This document shows, in pieces, positions 16,267 through 16,385 of a stretch of DNA of 16,385 nucleotides. The notes below the pieces were generated by a model. The model was not told where the DNA came from, did no database searches, and saw only the letters and a program-made list of their open reading frames with translations. This DNA comes from Pseudomonadota bacterium (lineage in GTDB: Bacteria; UBA10199; 2-02-FULL-44-16; JBDRGF01): NCBI GenBank assembly GCA_043818055.1, contig JBDRGF010000077.1, forward strand, positions 1 to 16,385, written 5' to 3'. A program made the position numbers and the translations under genes. Numbering within the stretch: the first letter of the stretch is position 1; the number at the start of each line of letters is the position of its first letter.

Positions 16267-16385
16267 ATGTCTGGAAAATTATTGGATATCACTGATGCAA
16301 ATTACAGTTCCACAATTTCAACAGGAATAACGATCGTCGACTTTTGGGCACCCTGGTGCGGGCCTTGCAGGATGCAGACCCCCAT
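16267..16385 (+). CDS. trxA: Thioredoxin, 5' part; runs off the right edge
   Basis: Not in the ORF track. [39 protein letters not shown] with WCGPC active site; AAGGAGG RBS. Confidence 0.95.
   Translation, partial: MSGKLLDITDANYSSTISTGITIVDFWAPWCGPCRMQTP

Overview
Bacterial chromosomal window; gene content and repeat types suggest a Deltaproteobacteria-like lineage (inference). Left flank: 5' part of a PotD-like polyamine-binding protein (minus strand, missed by the ORF track), an outer-membrane beta-barrel, mnmE, mnmG and sixA. Middle (~5430-11400): a co-oriented minus-strand accessory cluster with no visible integrase: LexA/S24-type autocleaving repressor, Bro-N protein, probable frameshifted Zn-ribbon remnant, DinD, DUF1016/YhcG nuclease, HEPN AbiU2-like protein and a second DUF1016 nuclease. 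Its gene junctions share three interlocking pairs of 16-23 bp near-identical repeats, and a TGTCAA-N6-TTGACA palindrome with extra half-sites lies upstream. A degenerate SNase-like gene is transcribed divergently from it and is followed by ~250 nt of dense hairpins. Right flank: TauE/SafE exporter, an orphan 401-aa ORF, NamZ/DUF1343, PflX-like radical SAM and the start of thioredoxin. mnmG carries an in-frame insertion of a dRS3/RPE-like palindromic doublet. All family calls are from motif recognition by eye; no searches were run.
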